Below, in pieces: positions 1-8,607 of a stretch of DNA of 44,434 nt. Numbering within the stretch: position 1 is the stretch's first letter; every line of letters begins with the position of its first letter. Where the stretch lies: the NCBI GenBank assembly GCA_016217925.1, contig JACRFK010000004.1:1-44434 (forward strand), read 5' to 3'. A program made the translations under genes and the position numbers. The stretch is from Candidatus Kaiserbacteria bacterium (GTDB lineage: Bacteria > Patescibacteriota > Minisyncoccia > Phycocordibacterales > UBA2100). Below the pieces are notes generated by a model, which had not been told where the DNA came from, made no database searches, and was given only the letters and a program-made list of their open reading frames with translations.

Positions 1-1086
<1,086 letters not shown>

Positions 1087-1302
1087 CGCTAGGAATTCTA
1101 AGAACCGCGTATTGCTCGTTGCGTCTAAACAACGAGACTTTGTTTTCTTGCCGCTTTTTTGAAAAGGAACGGCATCCTTTTTTGCTTTGTGTTTTTTCCT
1201 GCATCACGCACCGGAGACTTTAACCGGCACGCAATGTTGTTGATTCGCACAAACCCTACTCGGGTCTGCGCTTTGTTTTTCTTTCTTTTTTTCGCTCTTC
1301 GG

Positions 1303-1314
1303 TTGTCAACGATC
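1303..1314 (-). promoter_or_regulatory. boxA-like rRNA leader motif GATCGTTGACAA
   Basis: Resembles the GATCTTTGAAAA-type boxA of rRNA leaders and lies about 220 nt upstream of the 23S. Confidence 0.45.
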
Positions 1315-1330
1315 TACGTATTTGGTCCCG

Positions 1331-1360
1331 TCCTCCGGAGGAGGATCTGCCTTCGGCAGA
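1331..1360. repeat. 30-nt double-hairpin REP-like element (family A), intergenic copy
   Basis: TCCTCC-GGA-GGAGGA + TCTGCC-TTC-GGCAGA; same layout as 2022-2051 with compensatory changes. Confidence 0.75.
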
Positions 1361-1384
1361 AAAAAAGCCGCTTGAAAGCGGCCT
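1360..1384 (-). terminator. intrinsic terminator-like hairpin in the 23S leader
   Basis: Minus strand AGGCCGC-TTTCAA-GCGGCTT followed by a T run. Confidence 0.55.
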
Positions 1385-1458
1385 GGTCGCAGAGCTGTTA
1401 CACTCGGCTACCTGTGCCACTTCGTGAAGCTTTTAAGCGATAACATATACGTCTGAGG

Positions 1459-1487
1459 AGTATATTCGGGCACGAGGAGCATGTCAA
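1459..1487 (-). promoter_or_regulatory. sigma70-type promoter facing the 23S
   Basis: TTGACA (1487-1482), 17-nt spacer, TATACT (1464-1459). Confidence 0.8.
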
Positions 1488-1567
1488 CCCCGTTAGAGGC
1501 TCCAAAAACTGTGTGTATGTGGAAATCTTGAACCTCGAAACCTTATCGGAGGTTGCCTCTAACGGGG
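1488..1567. mobile_element. MITE-like terminal-inverted-repeat (TIR) element, copy 1 (80 bp)
   Basis: Ends CCCCGTTAGAGGC / GCCTCTAACGGGG; TCAA on both flanks (1484-1487, 1568-1571). Confidence 0.7.
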
Positions 1568-1598
1568 TCAAATATTGCCGTGGACAATGAGGGGACAA

Positions 1599-2333
1599 TC
1601 AGGATTTCTTGGTTTTTTTGAGGATTTCAGCCGCCTTTGTGAGGTCTCCCGGAGCATTTATCTGTATCCAATCGGCCGTGAAAATGGGCTCAAGACGTAT
1701 CCCGAGTGCCTTTGCCGCAGCGATGACCGTCTGCGGTAGGCCGTATTCGAGACTCCCCTCTTGTTTTGGCACAAGCGGTTGAGAGAAAAGTCGTGTGTCG
1801 AGCGCGAACATGTTGGTACTCGCGAGTCCGGGTTCCGTCCCCAAATCGCCTTCAATAATCGCGGTTATGTTCGCGTTTTCGTCGAGCTGCACAGCTCCAG
1901 CACGGTGCATTTCGGGCATTTGTTGGACAAGGAGCTTCCATGAGTTCGACTCTTCGGCGCACTGTTTGAGATCTTCCGAGTCGAAAATATCATCACCGTT
2001 CAGCACCAGGAATCTGTCTTTTCCGCCGGAGGCGGATCCGCCTCCGGCGGACAGAACATCCTTGGCAGCCCACAGGGCACCCGCGGTCCCGTTGAGGTCG
2101 CCCTGCTCCACATACGTAAGCGCGCGACCGCGATACGAACCTTTATATTTCTTCTTAATAACATCAGAGAGGTGCCCGATTATCAACACGACTTCCTGTA
2201 TTTCTTCGGGAAGCGCGTCGAGTTTGTGTTCGAGCAACGTTCTGCTATCCACCACGAGCATCGGCTTGGGAACGGCGGTCGTCAATTCTTCCATGCGCGT
2301 ACCGCGCCCTGCGGCGAGAATGACTGCTTGCAT
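1599..2333 (-). CDS. sugar-phosphate nucleotidyltransferase (NTP_transferase family)
   Basis: N-terminal QAVILAAGRGTRM-KPML motif and NGDD motif. Start set at MQAV, 7 nt after TACAAT. Confidence 0.88.
   Translation of the reverse strand: MQAVILAAGRGTRMEELTTAVPKPMLVVDSRTLLEHKLDALPEEIQEVVLIIGHLSDVIKKKYKGSYRGRALTYVEQGDLNGTAGALWAAKDVLSAGGGSASGGKDRFLVLNGDDIFDSEDLKQCAEESNSWKLLVQQMPEMHRAGAVQLDENANITAIIEGDLGTEPGLASTNMFALDTRLFSQPLVPKQEGSLEYGLPQTVIAAAKALGIRLEPIFTADWIQINAPGDLTKAAEILKKTKKS
2022..2051. repeat. 30-nt perfect palindrome (family A) in frame in the nucleotidyltransferase
   Basis: TCCGCCGGAGGCGGATCCGCCTCCGGCGGA is its own reverse complement; encodes SAGGGSASGG. Confidence 0.85.
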
Positions 2334-2355
2334 GAGCACTATTGTAGCAAACGCA

Positions 2356-2384
2356 AAGCGGCCCCGCCGAAGGCGGGGCCGCTT
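2356..2384. terminator. GC-rich hairpin (13-bp stem) downstream of the MscS-like gene
   Basis: AAGCGGCCCCGCC-GAA-GGCGGGGCCGCTT; the core matches the family A half-site. Confidence 0.55.
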
Positions 2385-2402
2385 GAGAACAAAACCGAAA
2401 AC

Positions 2403-3095
2403 CTAATCCCGGTGATGCGCAATCTCCGAACGGATGCGCTCGATCGTGCGAGAAGCGGCTTCTTTGCCGCCCAAGCCGAATGCGAGACCGAATGCGAGTG
2501 AGAGGGCGATCACGAGCCCCGTGAAGAGTGTCTGGATGAACGTGCTTGCGACCTGGAGCTGATCGAGTGCTGCCATGATGGCGAAGATCCAGATGGCCCA
2601 CTTGGCGACCGCGCCAGCGAGATTTGCCGCGTGCGCACCTGCAGCTCGTGCGGAACCACTCACCAACCCTCTTACTACCTCAGCAACAACGGCACCTAGG
2701 ATAAGAATGAGGACCGCTACGATGACCTGCGGCAAGTACCCCAATACCACCTGCTGCAAGAATATCGTGACACGGTTGAGACCGAGAATGTCGAGTGAGG
2801 CGACCAAAAATACCAAAATCATGAACCACATGACCAAGGTGCCGAGGAAGCGCCCGATGTCGAGCGTGAAGCCCGCCTCCTTTGCGGCGTCGTTGAGGCC
2901 CGCCGCCTTGAGTGCGTCGTCGATTCGAAGCACTTTGACCACCTCAACTACGATGCGATACAGAATTACCCCAACTATCCAACCGATCACGAAAACGATG
3001 ACTGCCGCGAGTATCGCCGGCAGGTACTGTGCGACGGTGAACCACAGGCCCGAGAACGAGCTCTGTACCACATCCGCCGATTGCGCAACTATCAT
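2403..3095 (-). CDS. MscS-associated TM-helix repeat membrane protein (CmpX-like)
   Basis: Repeated YLPxI(L/I)xA(V/L)IxxxxG transmembrane units and C-terminal GLAFGLGGKE. Confidence 0.75.
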   Translation of the reverse strand: MIVAQSADVVQSSFSGLWFTVAQYLPAILAAVIVFVIGWIVGVILYRIVVEVVKVLRIDDALKAAGLNDAAKEAGFTLDIGRFLGTLVMWFMILVFLVASLDILGLNRVTIFLQQVVLGYLPQVIVAVLILILGAVVAEVVRGLVSGSARAAGAHAANLAGAVAKWAIWIFAIMAALDQLQVASTFIQTLFTGLVIALSLAFGLAFGLGGKEAASRTIERIRSEIAHHRD

Positions 3096-3279
3096 AAATA
3101 TATGCGTATATTAAGAATAATGTTTATAAAGGATCTTCGACCCCTGTATGGAAGTAATGATACCACCCAGGCACTTCTGTGAAGGGCCGCGGCGAAGCCC
3201 GTGTGGATACCCGCCGGAGGCGGGCGGGCGGAAAAAAGCTATATTTTGAGGCCTCGTTTGCTTCTCTCTCCCTACGGAG

Positions 3280-3903
3280 CTACAACAATCTGTCTTTATC
3301 GAGCAGCACGAGGTGCGGAAAATCGAGGGTATCCCGCATAAGACGGTCTTGAATGGTGAGACGATAGCGGAATTCCGGACCCGAAAAAGCCGCATACCGT
3401 ATCTCACGGCCAAATTGACGTTCAAGTGCACGGATCGCGGTCTCAAGACGCCCTTCGTTCAAGCCGTCTGCTGCGACCAGGAGATCGGCCGGGCGCGACG
3501 GATCCCCCATGAACGACCCCGAGAGCACCACAGCCACAAATCGCCCCGATCCCTTAAGCCCCTTGAGTATGCTGGAGTAATGCACCGGCGAGACTTCGTG
3601 CACGAATTTCGAGAGAGCTACCGAGTGCTTGAATGTGGGGTCGATTGCCCACGCCTCTTTCTTTTGTTTCCCTTCTATTGTGCGGTTGCTGCTATTTCCG
3701 AGTGTAATTACGAATTTCCCGAGCCTCAGTATCCCCAATTTCTCGAGTGCTTTTATCTCTTTCTGTGCCGCCGGCAGCGACACGCCTGCGCGCTTCGCGG
3801 CCAGAGGCGCTGTGAAGACCCCGGACTGGTCGAGAAAAAAGGCGCGGAGAACCTTGGCCCGATTCGTATTACCCATGAAAGTCGCCAAAAAGTCCCCTGC
3901 CAT
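3280..3903 (-). CDS. conserved hypothetical: winged HTH plus nucleotidyltransferase-like C-terminal domain
   Basis: N-terminal helical HTH-like segment and C-terminal VVLSGSF..ADLLV motif. Confidence 0.55.
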   Translation of the reverse strand: MAGDFLATFMGNTNRAKVLRAFFLDQSGVFTAPLAAKRAGVSLPAAQKEIKALEKLGILRLGKFVITLGNSSNRTIEGKQKKEAWAIDPTFKHSVALSKFVHEVSPVHYSSILKGLKGSGRFVAVVLSGSFMGDPSRPADLLVAADGLNEGRLETAIRALERQFGREIRYAAFSGPEFRYRLTIQDRLMRDTLDFPHLVLLDKDRLL

Positions 3904-3954
3904 AGAGGCTCATTATCCCCGTACAGAGACATCAGTCAACTTCGAAAAAACCGG

Positions 3955-4770
3955 CTATTTCCCGCTCTCCGCTATGGCCCTGAAGGTCACAAGTGCCTGG
4001 TGGAGGGCCCGCACATCATGCGTACGTATGTAGTCGGCACCCTGCGTAGCCGCGAACACCTCCGCCGCAAGTGTGCGGCTTTGGATGTCGATGTCAGGAG
4101 ACGGTGCAATGTTGCGCAGGAACGACTTGCGTGAGACCGATATCATCACCGGCAGTCCGAAGTGCTTTTTTAATTCCGCGACATGCGAGAGGACGGCGAG
4201 CGAAGGCTCCGGATTGCTTGCCAGGAAAAATCCCATGCCGGGGTCAATGATAAGGCGCTCGCGCGCGATACCTGCCGCTTCGAGTGCGGGCAACCGGGTC
4301 CCGAAAAATGAATAGATGGAGTCGAAAACTTCCCGCGTGGTTTTCGGGATGCGCACCGCCTTGTCGAGGTCGGAAATAAAATGCATGACAACCAACTGTG
4401 CCCCGGACGCCGCGAGCTCCGGATACAAAGACTCATCGGGAAATCCGCGGATATCGTTAAGATACGCGATGTGTTTTGCCATCCCAAACCGCAAGACTTC
4501 CGGTTTGGTCGCATCAATCGAAACATCAAGGCCCGGCCTTGATATTGCTTCCAATACGGACCGTATCCGTTCGATTTCAACCTCCGCCGGCACGGGTGCG
4601 GAATGCGGATTGCTCGAGGCGCCGCTTATTTCAACGATATCCGCACCTTCCGCAAGAAGTTTATTTGCGTGCTCTATCGCAGCGCCTGATTCAAGATACT
4701 GTCCGCCGTCGGAAAACGAGTCGGCGGTGATGTTGACGATGCCTACTATTTTCGGTCGATGGGCTTTCAT
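3955..4770 (-). CDS. folP: dihydropteroate synthase, Sul-like
   Basis: GIVNITADSFSDGG, DPGMGFFL, SRKSF and IRTHDV motifs. Confidence 0.93.
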   Translation of the reverse strand: MKAHRPKIVGIVNITADSFSDGGQYLESGAAIEHANKLLAEGADIVEISGASSNPHSAPVPAEVEIERIRSVLEAISRPGLDVSIDATKPEVLRFGMAKHIAYLNDIRGFPDESLYPELAASGAQLVVMHFISDLDKAVRIPKTTREVFDSIYSFFGTRLPALEAAGIARERLIIDPGMGFFLASNPEPSLAVLSHVAELKKHFGLPVMISVSRKSFLRNIAPSPDIDIQSRTLAAEVFAATQGADYIRTHDVRALHQALVTFRAIAESGK

Positions 4771-4835
4771 AGAGATAGGATTTTAGCATGGTACCCGCTT
4801 TTTGAGCTTTGCGGATGCCTCTGCTAGTATGCCGT

Positions 4836-5189
4836 ATGGATTACATTCACATTGACGACCTCAGAGTCTCCGGGAATCACGGAGTCAGAGAGGAGGAGCG
4901 GGCGAAGCCCCAAGAGTTCCTCATCTCGATACGCATCGGCGCCGACACGAAAAAAGCGGCATTGAGCGGACAACTTGCTGATACTATCGACTACCACGAC
5001 ACGCTGAAACTTATCGAACACGTATTTGAGAACACGAGCCACAGCCTCCTCGAGACAATAGCCGAGCATATCGCCGCAGAGATACTGAAGGACAAGCGCG
5101 TGAGCTCGGTCGAACTGACCATAAAAAAAACAGGCGTGTGGCGCAACGGCATCCCCGGCGTCACGATCCGCCGGGAGCAGGCCCGATGA
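4836..5189 (+). CDS. folB: dihydroneopterin aldolase
   Basis: GNHGV-EE..PQEF, DTIDY, LLETIAE and LTIKK motifs. Start at MDYI, after TG-C-TAGTAT. Confidence 0.88.
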   Translation: MDYIHIDDLRVSGNHGVREEERAKPQEFLISIRIGADTKKAALSGQLADTIDYHDTLKLIEHVFENTSHSLLETIAEHIAAEILKDKRVSSVELTIKKTGVWRNGIPGVTIRREQAR

Positions 5190-5649
5190 TGGACAATTTG
5201 TTTGGCGGGAGTTCACCCAGAAGCTGGGAGACCATCTTTTTCGTCACGGGTTCTCGAAGAGCCGGCGCAATTTCATAAAGCGGCCTCAGCACAAAGTCGC
5301 GCTCGCGCAGGCCTGCGTGCGGGACGGTGAGTTCGGGGGTATCGATAATTTCATTTCCATACAAAAGAAAGTCAATATCTATCGCTCGCGGGGCATTGTG
5401 CTCATGCTCCCCTATCTCTTTTTCAACCGACTTTATTTTCTTGAGAACATCCTCCGGAGAAAGTTCCGTCGTCGCCTCGCACACCGCATTGAAAAAGTCC
5501 GGCTGATCCGTGACATACATCGGCTTGGTTTCGTAGGTTGGTGAAATCTTCGTAACAGTAATTTCTGGCGCGAGCGAAGCGAGCGCCCTTTGAATGTTCC
5601 CTGCCCTATCGCCGAGATTTGAACCGAGTCCGAGATATATCGTCTTCAC
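5161..5649 (-). CDS. folK: 6-hydroxymethyl-7,8-dihydropterin pyrophosphokinase
   Basis: YLGLGSNLGDR, YETKP, PRAIDIDFL, LTVPH and ERDFVLRPL motifs. GTG start. Confidence 0.93.
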   Translation of the reverse strand: MKTIYLGLGSNLGDRAGNIQRALASLAPEITVTKISPTYETKPMYVTDQPDFFNAVCEATTELSPEDVLKKIKSVEKEIGEHEHNAPRAIDIDFLLYGNEIIDTPELTVPHAGLRERDFVLRPLYEIAPALREPVTKKMVSQLLGELPPNKLSIIGPAPGGS

Positions 5650-5722
5650 GCCCGCATACTAGCGCGTGCTTTTTGTCTCTGCTAGAGTGCCCTCGGCGGT
5701 ATGCGCCATGAGGAGATTGACC

Positions 5723-5977
5723 ATGAACTTGATTCAGAAGGTCAATGATTGCGGTATTCCTACGGGCGAACATTTCTCTGCGAAAGCGCCCCCAGGAAGA
5801 TTCCGTGTCGTCGTGTTCGACCAAGCGACGGGGGCCCACTATAAGCTACCCGACTTCGGATCCCTGGCCACGGCGGAAGCTGAAGCGAAGGGCCGGGCGT
5901 TCGGTCCTATCATTACCGATATCTATGACTCGGCCGGCAAGAATCTCGGCACGTTCGGGAAAAATCAGGATGAATAA
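5723..5977 (+). CDS. hypothetical protein (84 aa)
   Basis: AGGAG 7 nt before the ATG; protein-like composition; hairpin terminator follows. Confidence 0.6.
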   Translation: MNLIQKVNDCGIPTGEHFSAKAPPGRFRVVVFDQATGAHYKLPDFGSLATAEAEAKGRAFGPIITDIYDSAGKNLGTFGKNQDE

Positions 5978-5993
5978 GTTCTGATCAAACCGC

Positions 5994-6020
5994 AAATGGC
6001 CCGCATTGCGCGGGCCATTT
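5994..6020. terminator. hairpin terminator between convergent genes
   Basis: AAATGGCCCGC-ATTGC-GCGGGCCATTT followed by TGTTTT. Confidence 0.65.
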
Positions 6021-6126
6021 TGTTTTCCAGGAATGAAAAGTTTACTTGAGTGTAACCTGTCACACATCGTTTCCTGCTGGAAACGTGCGCGACCCCGCCT
6101 CGCAGCCAAGCTGCTCCGGCCGAAAG

Positions 6127-6486
6127 TTACTTCAACGTAACTTTCCCGCCTGCCGCTTCTATCTTTGTCTTCCACGCCTCCGCGTCCTCTTTCTTCACGT
6201 CGGCCTTCATGAGGACCGGCGCGCCTTCAACCATGGTCTTCGCTTCCGAGAGACCGAGGCCCAAGACCTCTTTCACGATCTTAATGACCGCGATTTTCTG
6301 TTCACCGAACGAAGTGAGTTCTACGTTGAACTCCGACTTCTCTTCGGCTGCAGGACCTGCTGCAGGACCGGCGACGGCGACTGCCGCTGCCGAGACTCCC
6401 CACTTCTCTTCGATTGCTTTGACGAGTGTGTTGAGCTCGAGCACTGTCATCTTTTCGACTGCTTCGATGATTTGTTCTTGTGTCAT
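6127..6486 (-). CDS. rplL: 50S ribosomal protein L7/L12
   Basis: [29 protein letters not shown] and AGGKVTLK. Confidence 0.97.
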   Translation of the reverse strand: MTQEQIIEAVEKMTVLELNTLVKAIEEKWGVSAAAVAVAGPAAGPAAEEKSEFNVELTSFGEQKIAVIKIVKEVLGLGLSEAKTMVEGAPVLMKADVKKEDAEAWKTKIEAAGGKVTLK

Positions 6487-6535
6487 AGGAATAGTTAGTT
6501 AGCCACTAGTGGATAGCCACTAGGGCGCTCATAAT

Positions 6536-7033
6536 TTACGAACTCTTAGTCTCTGCGACTTTACTCAACACGACCGCAAAACGCTGACGCGGTGAGTTGA
6601 TGAGTTGTGCGAACATAGCACGCAACGTCGCCATCCCCGGGATCGTTGCGATCTCCTGCATGTGCGCGGCGTCGACGAGCTTGCCCTCGAAGATGCCTCC
6701 CAGGATAGAGAGCTTGTCGGTAAATTTCTTGCCGAATTCGTGCACAAGCCGCGCCGCGACGGTGGCGTCAGTGCCCCCGCCATATGCGATAGCGACTTCG
6801 CCCTCGAGCGGCAATTCGGCATGCGCATGTCCGAGTTGTTCGAGCGCTCGGCGGATGAGCGTCTTCTTCGCGACAAAGTACGAGACACCGTCCGCGCGAA
6901 GAGCACGGCGCATCGCCGACTCGTCAGACACGGAGAATTTCGTAAAGTGCACGAAGACCGACGACGCGCCCGTCTTGAACGCCTCGGCGAGCTTATCGAC
7001 TATTACACCCTTCTCTGCTTTTGTTTTTGCCAT
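6536..7033 (-). CDS. rplJ: 50S ribosomal protein L10
   Basis: KAEK..IV..L, VAKKTLIRRA and upstream position relative to rplL. Confidence 0.95.
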   Translation of the reverse strand: MAKTKAEKGVIVDKLAEAFKTGASSVFVHFTKFSVSDESAMRRALRADGVSYFVAKKTLIRRALEQLGHAHAELPLEGEVAIAYGGGTDATVAARLVHEFGKKFTDKLSILGGIFEGKLVDAAHMQEIATIPGMATLRAMFAQLINSPRQRFAVVLSKVAETKSS

Positions 7034-7138
7034 CTTAGATTTTGTTACGAGCAAAGCGAGTTACTAAATCTTAGATCCCGTGAGATGGCGAAGCCTATCT
7101 CTCTGGGATTGTTCGACCAACAAGGTTGAGGAGTTCGA

Positions 7139-7170
7139 GCCCATTAGAGACGCTACGCGCTCTAACGGGC
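7139..7170. repeat. short hairpin sharing the TIR-family ends
   Basis: GCCCATTAGAG-ACGCTACGCG-CTCTAACGGGC; no flanking duplication. Confidence 0.65.
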
Positions 7171-7171
7171 C

Positions 7172-7248
7172 GTGCCTCGGCAGGCGTCTTACGACTTGAA
7201 TCCCGCTCTTTCACTGGAAAGGGCGGGAACCCGCTTTCTCTGGCCTTG
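7172..7248 (-). promoter_or_regulatory. probable L10 leader (rplJ autoregulatory RNA)
   Basis: Minus strand AGAGAAAGCGGG...TTCAAG...CCTGCCGAGG resembles the kink-turn core of L10 leaders and lies in the expected position. Confidence 0.5.
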
Positions 7249-7256
7249 TGCGGTGC

Positions 7257-7284
7257 ATAGTACAGGATTTAAGCCACGCGTCAA
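7257..7284 (-). promoter_or_regulatory. promoter for rplJ-rplL
   Basis: TTGACG (7284-7279), 16-nt spacer, TACTAT (7262-7257). Confidence 0.6.
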
Positions 7285-7350
7285 CCCCGTTAGAAATTGC
7301 GCCCACGCTTGCGCGCCCTAATGGGCTGGGGCGGGCTATTTCTAACGGAG
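7285..7350. mobile_element. MITE-like TIR element, copy 2 (66 bp)
   Basis: CCCCGTTAGAAAT / ATTTCTAACGGAG; TCAA on both flanks. Confidence 0.7.
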
Positions 7351-7458
7351 TCAAATTGACATATTTGTCAAATATGCTATGGTTTCCGGCGGGAAGGCGT
7401 CAAAATAAGTGGACGGAGCTCCTCAGTTGTGTCAATCACAATTGAGAGGTAATCGACC

Positions 7459-7680
7459 ATGATTCCTGATACACCGGCAAGCGAAGTAATCGAGCACTGC
7501 AAGAGGCGTTACGGGCACGATGCGTTGTTCCAAAAGGTAATGCTCGACCAAGTCGAGCGGCTCCTGAAAGGAAAACGCGCACTGTTCCTCGAGAAGCCCG
7601 AATGCAGGGACCTCGGTGAAGAAGTCTTATGGATCTGCTTCAGCAAGAAGGCAGTCCTCGCTTCGCCATTGCAACGGTGA
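7459..7680 (+). CDS. hypothetical protein (73 aa)
   Basis: GAGGT SD before the ATG; upstream TTGACA (7356) and TATGGT (7378). Confidence 0.5.
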   Translation: MIPDTPASEVIEHCKRRYGHDALFQKVMLDQVERLLKGKRALFLEKPECRDLGEEVLWICFSKKAVLASPLQR

Positions 7681-7768
7681 CGGGAAAGACGTCAAAAACA
7701 GTTCACCATGCGTCGCGCCGGGCCCTTCGGGACCCGGCGCAAGTTCTATTCAAAGGAGCGGCAGGAAA

Positions 7769-8050
7769 ATGGGCGAATGTTTGAAACGTATTGAAGGGAG
7801 GAAACTCCTCGAGGCGTCGAAAAATGACGCAGAAAACGCAAAGGCCGTGATAGAAATCAGAGGTGGCCTGATGAGCAACGCCTTCTGCCGGATTATCGAG
7901 GAGGCGCGTACGTGTACTTTCGAACGACTCGAAAGCCTCGTGGCAAATCTGCATCCGGATAACAAGAAGTTGCTCAGGGGGATAACCCTGGAAACCGGAC
8001 TGGCGTTTTGGAACCCGAAGAAGCGGCGTGAATTCCGGTTCTGGGAATGA
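7769..8050 (+). CDS. hypothetical protein (93 aa)
   Basis: AGGAG/AGGA upstream of the ATG; charged helical composition. Confidence 0.5.
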   Translation: MGECLKRIEGRKLLEASKNDAENAKAVIEIRGGLMSNAFCRIIEEARTCTFERLESLVANLHPDNKKLLRGITLETGLAFWNPKKRREFRFWE

Positions 8051-8098
8051 CTCAAGGGCGGGCGAACCGCGCAGCGCCGGACTTCATTGCCCGGCGTT

Positions 8099-8266
8099 TT
8101 ATTTTACCTGCTTGAGCATTGCTGCGGCCGCAGCGGCCTGTTGCTGTTGTGCGTCCTGCCCCGATGCGTATTTCTGTACCGCGTATGTCACTCCGAAGCT
8201 TATCGAAATGAGCAGCGTAAAGCCGAAGAAAAAGCGTGCAAACGAGTTTACCGGCGACAGAGCCAT
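8099..8266 (-). CDS. small single-TM protein (55 aa), absent from the ORF track
   Basis: Hand translation gives MALSPVNSFARFFFGFTLLISISFGVTYAVQKYASGQDAQQQQAAAAAAMLKQVK; TATAAT 7 nt before the ATG. Confidence 0.7.
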   Translation of the reverse strand: MALSPVNSFARFFFGFTLLISISFGVTYAVQKYASGQDAQQQQAAAAAAMLKQVK

Positions 8267-8391
8267 AACCTATATTATACGCCTTGTATTTAGAAGTACT
8301 TCTTCATCGGTTCCAACGAGGGCATCTTGCCAAGGGTTTGTGTGATGAGGGGGAGAAGGAGAAAGCCCGAGAAGGCTCGGATCATGTACTT

Positions 8392-8604
8392 TTAGAGTGA
8401 GTACCCGAGCAAAGAAAGTAGGATGGAGAATAAATAAGGTGCAGCGAGGTAACCTATAGTGCCAAAAAACACGCTGAGAATCAAAGAGTTGACTGTGTTG
8501 ACTTTGATACCGAACCTAGCTACCAAGAAAACTATAGAGAAGACCACTATAAAACATGCGTATCCAAAATTCACTAAGAATTCCCCCAATCCTATATCAT
8601 CCAT
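8392..8604 (-). CDS. small hydrophobic membrane protein (70 aa)
   Basis: Two TM-like segments; starts 3 nt after the lipase stop. Confidence 0.55.
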   Translation of the reverse strand: MDDIGLGEFLVNFGYACFIVVFSIVFLVARFGIKVNTVNSLILSVFFGTIGYLAAPYLFSILLSLLGYSL

Positions 8605-8607
8605 ATA

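Noticed and set aside
1087-1460. tRNA or 16S remnant in the 23S leader
   Set aside because: No cloverleaf, T-loop GTTC motif or 16S 3' signature was seen.
3955-4770. Mobile clinical sul cassette
   Set aside because: No intI, qacE, ISCR or transposase nearby; it is embedded with folB/folK and has a native-style promoter.
6046-6125. GAGTGTAAC shared with the 23S leader (1398-1406, opposite strand)
   Set aside because: Only a 9-nt match with no shared flanks; compatible with chance.
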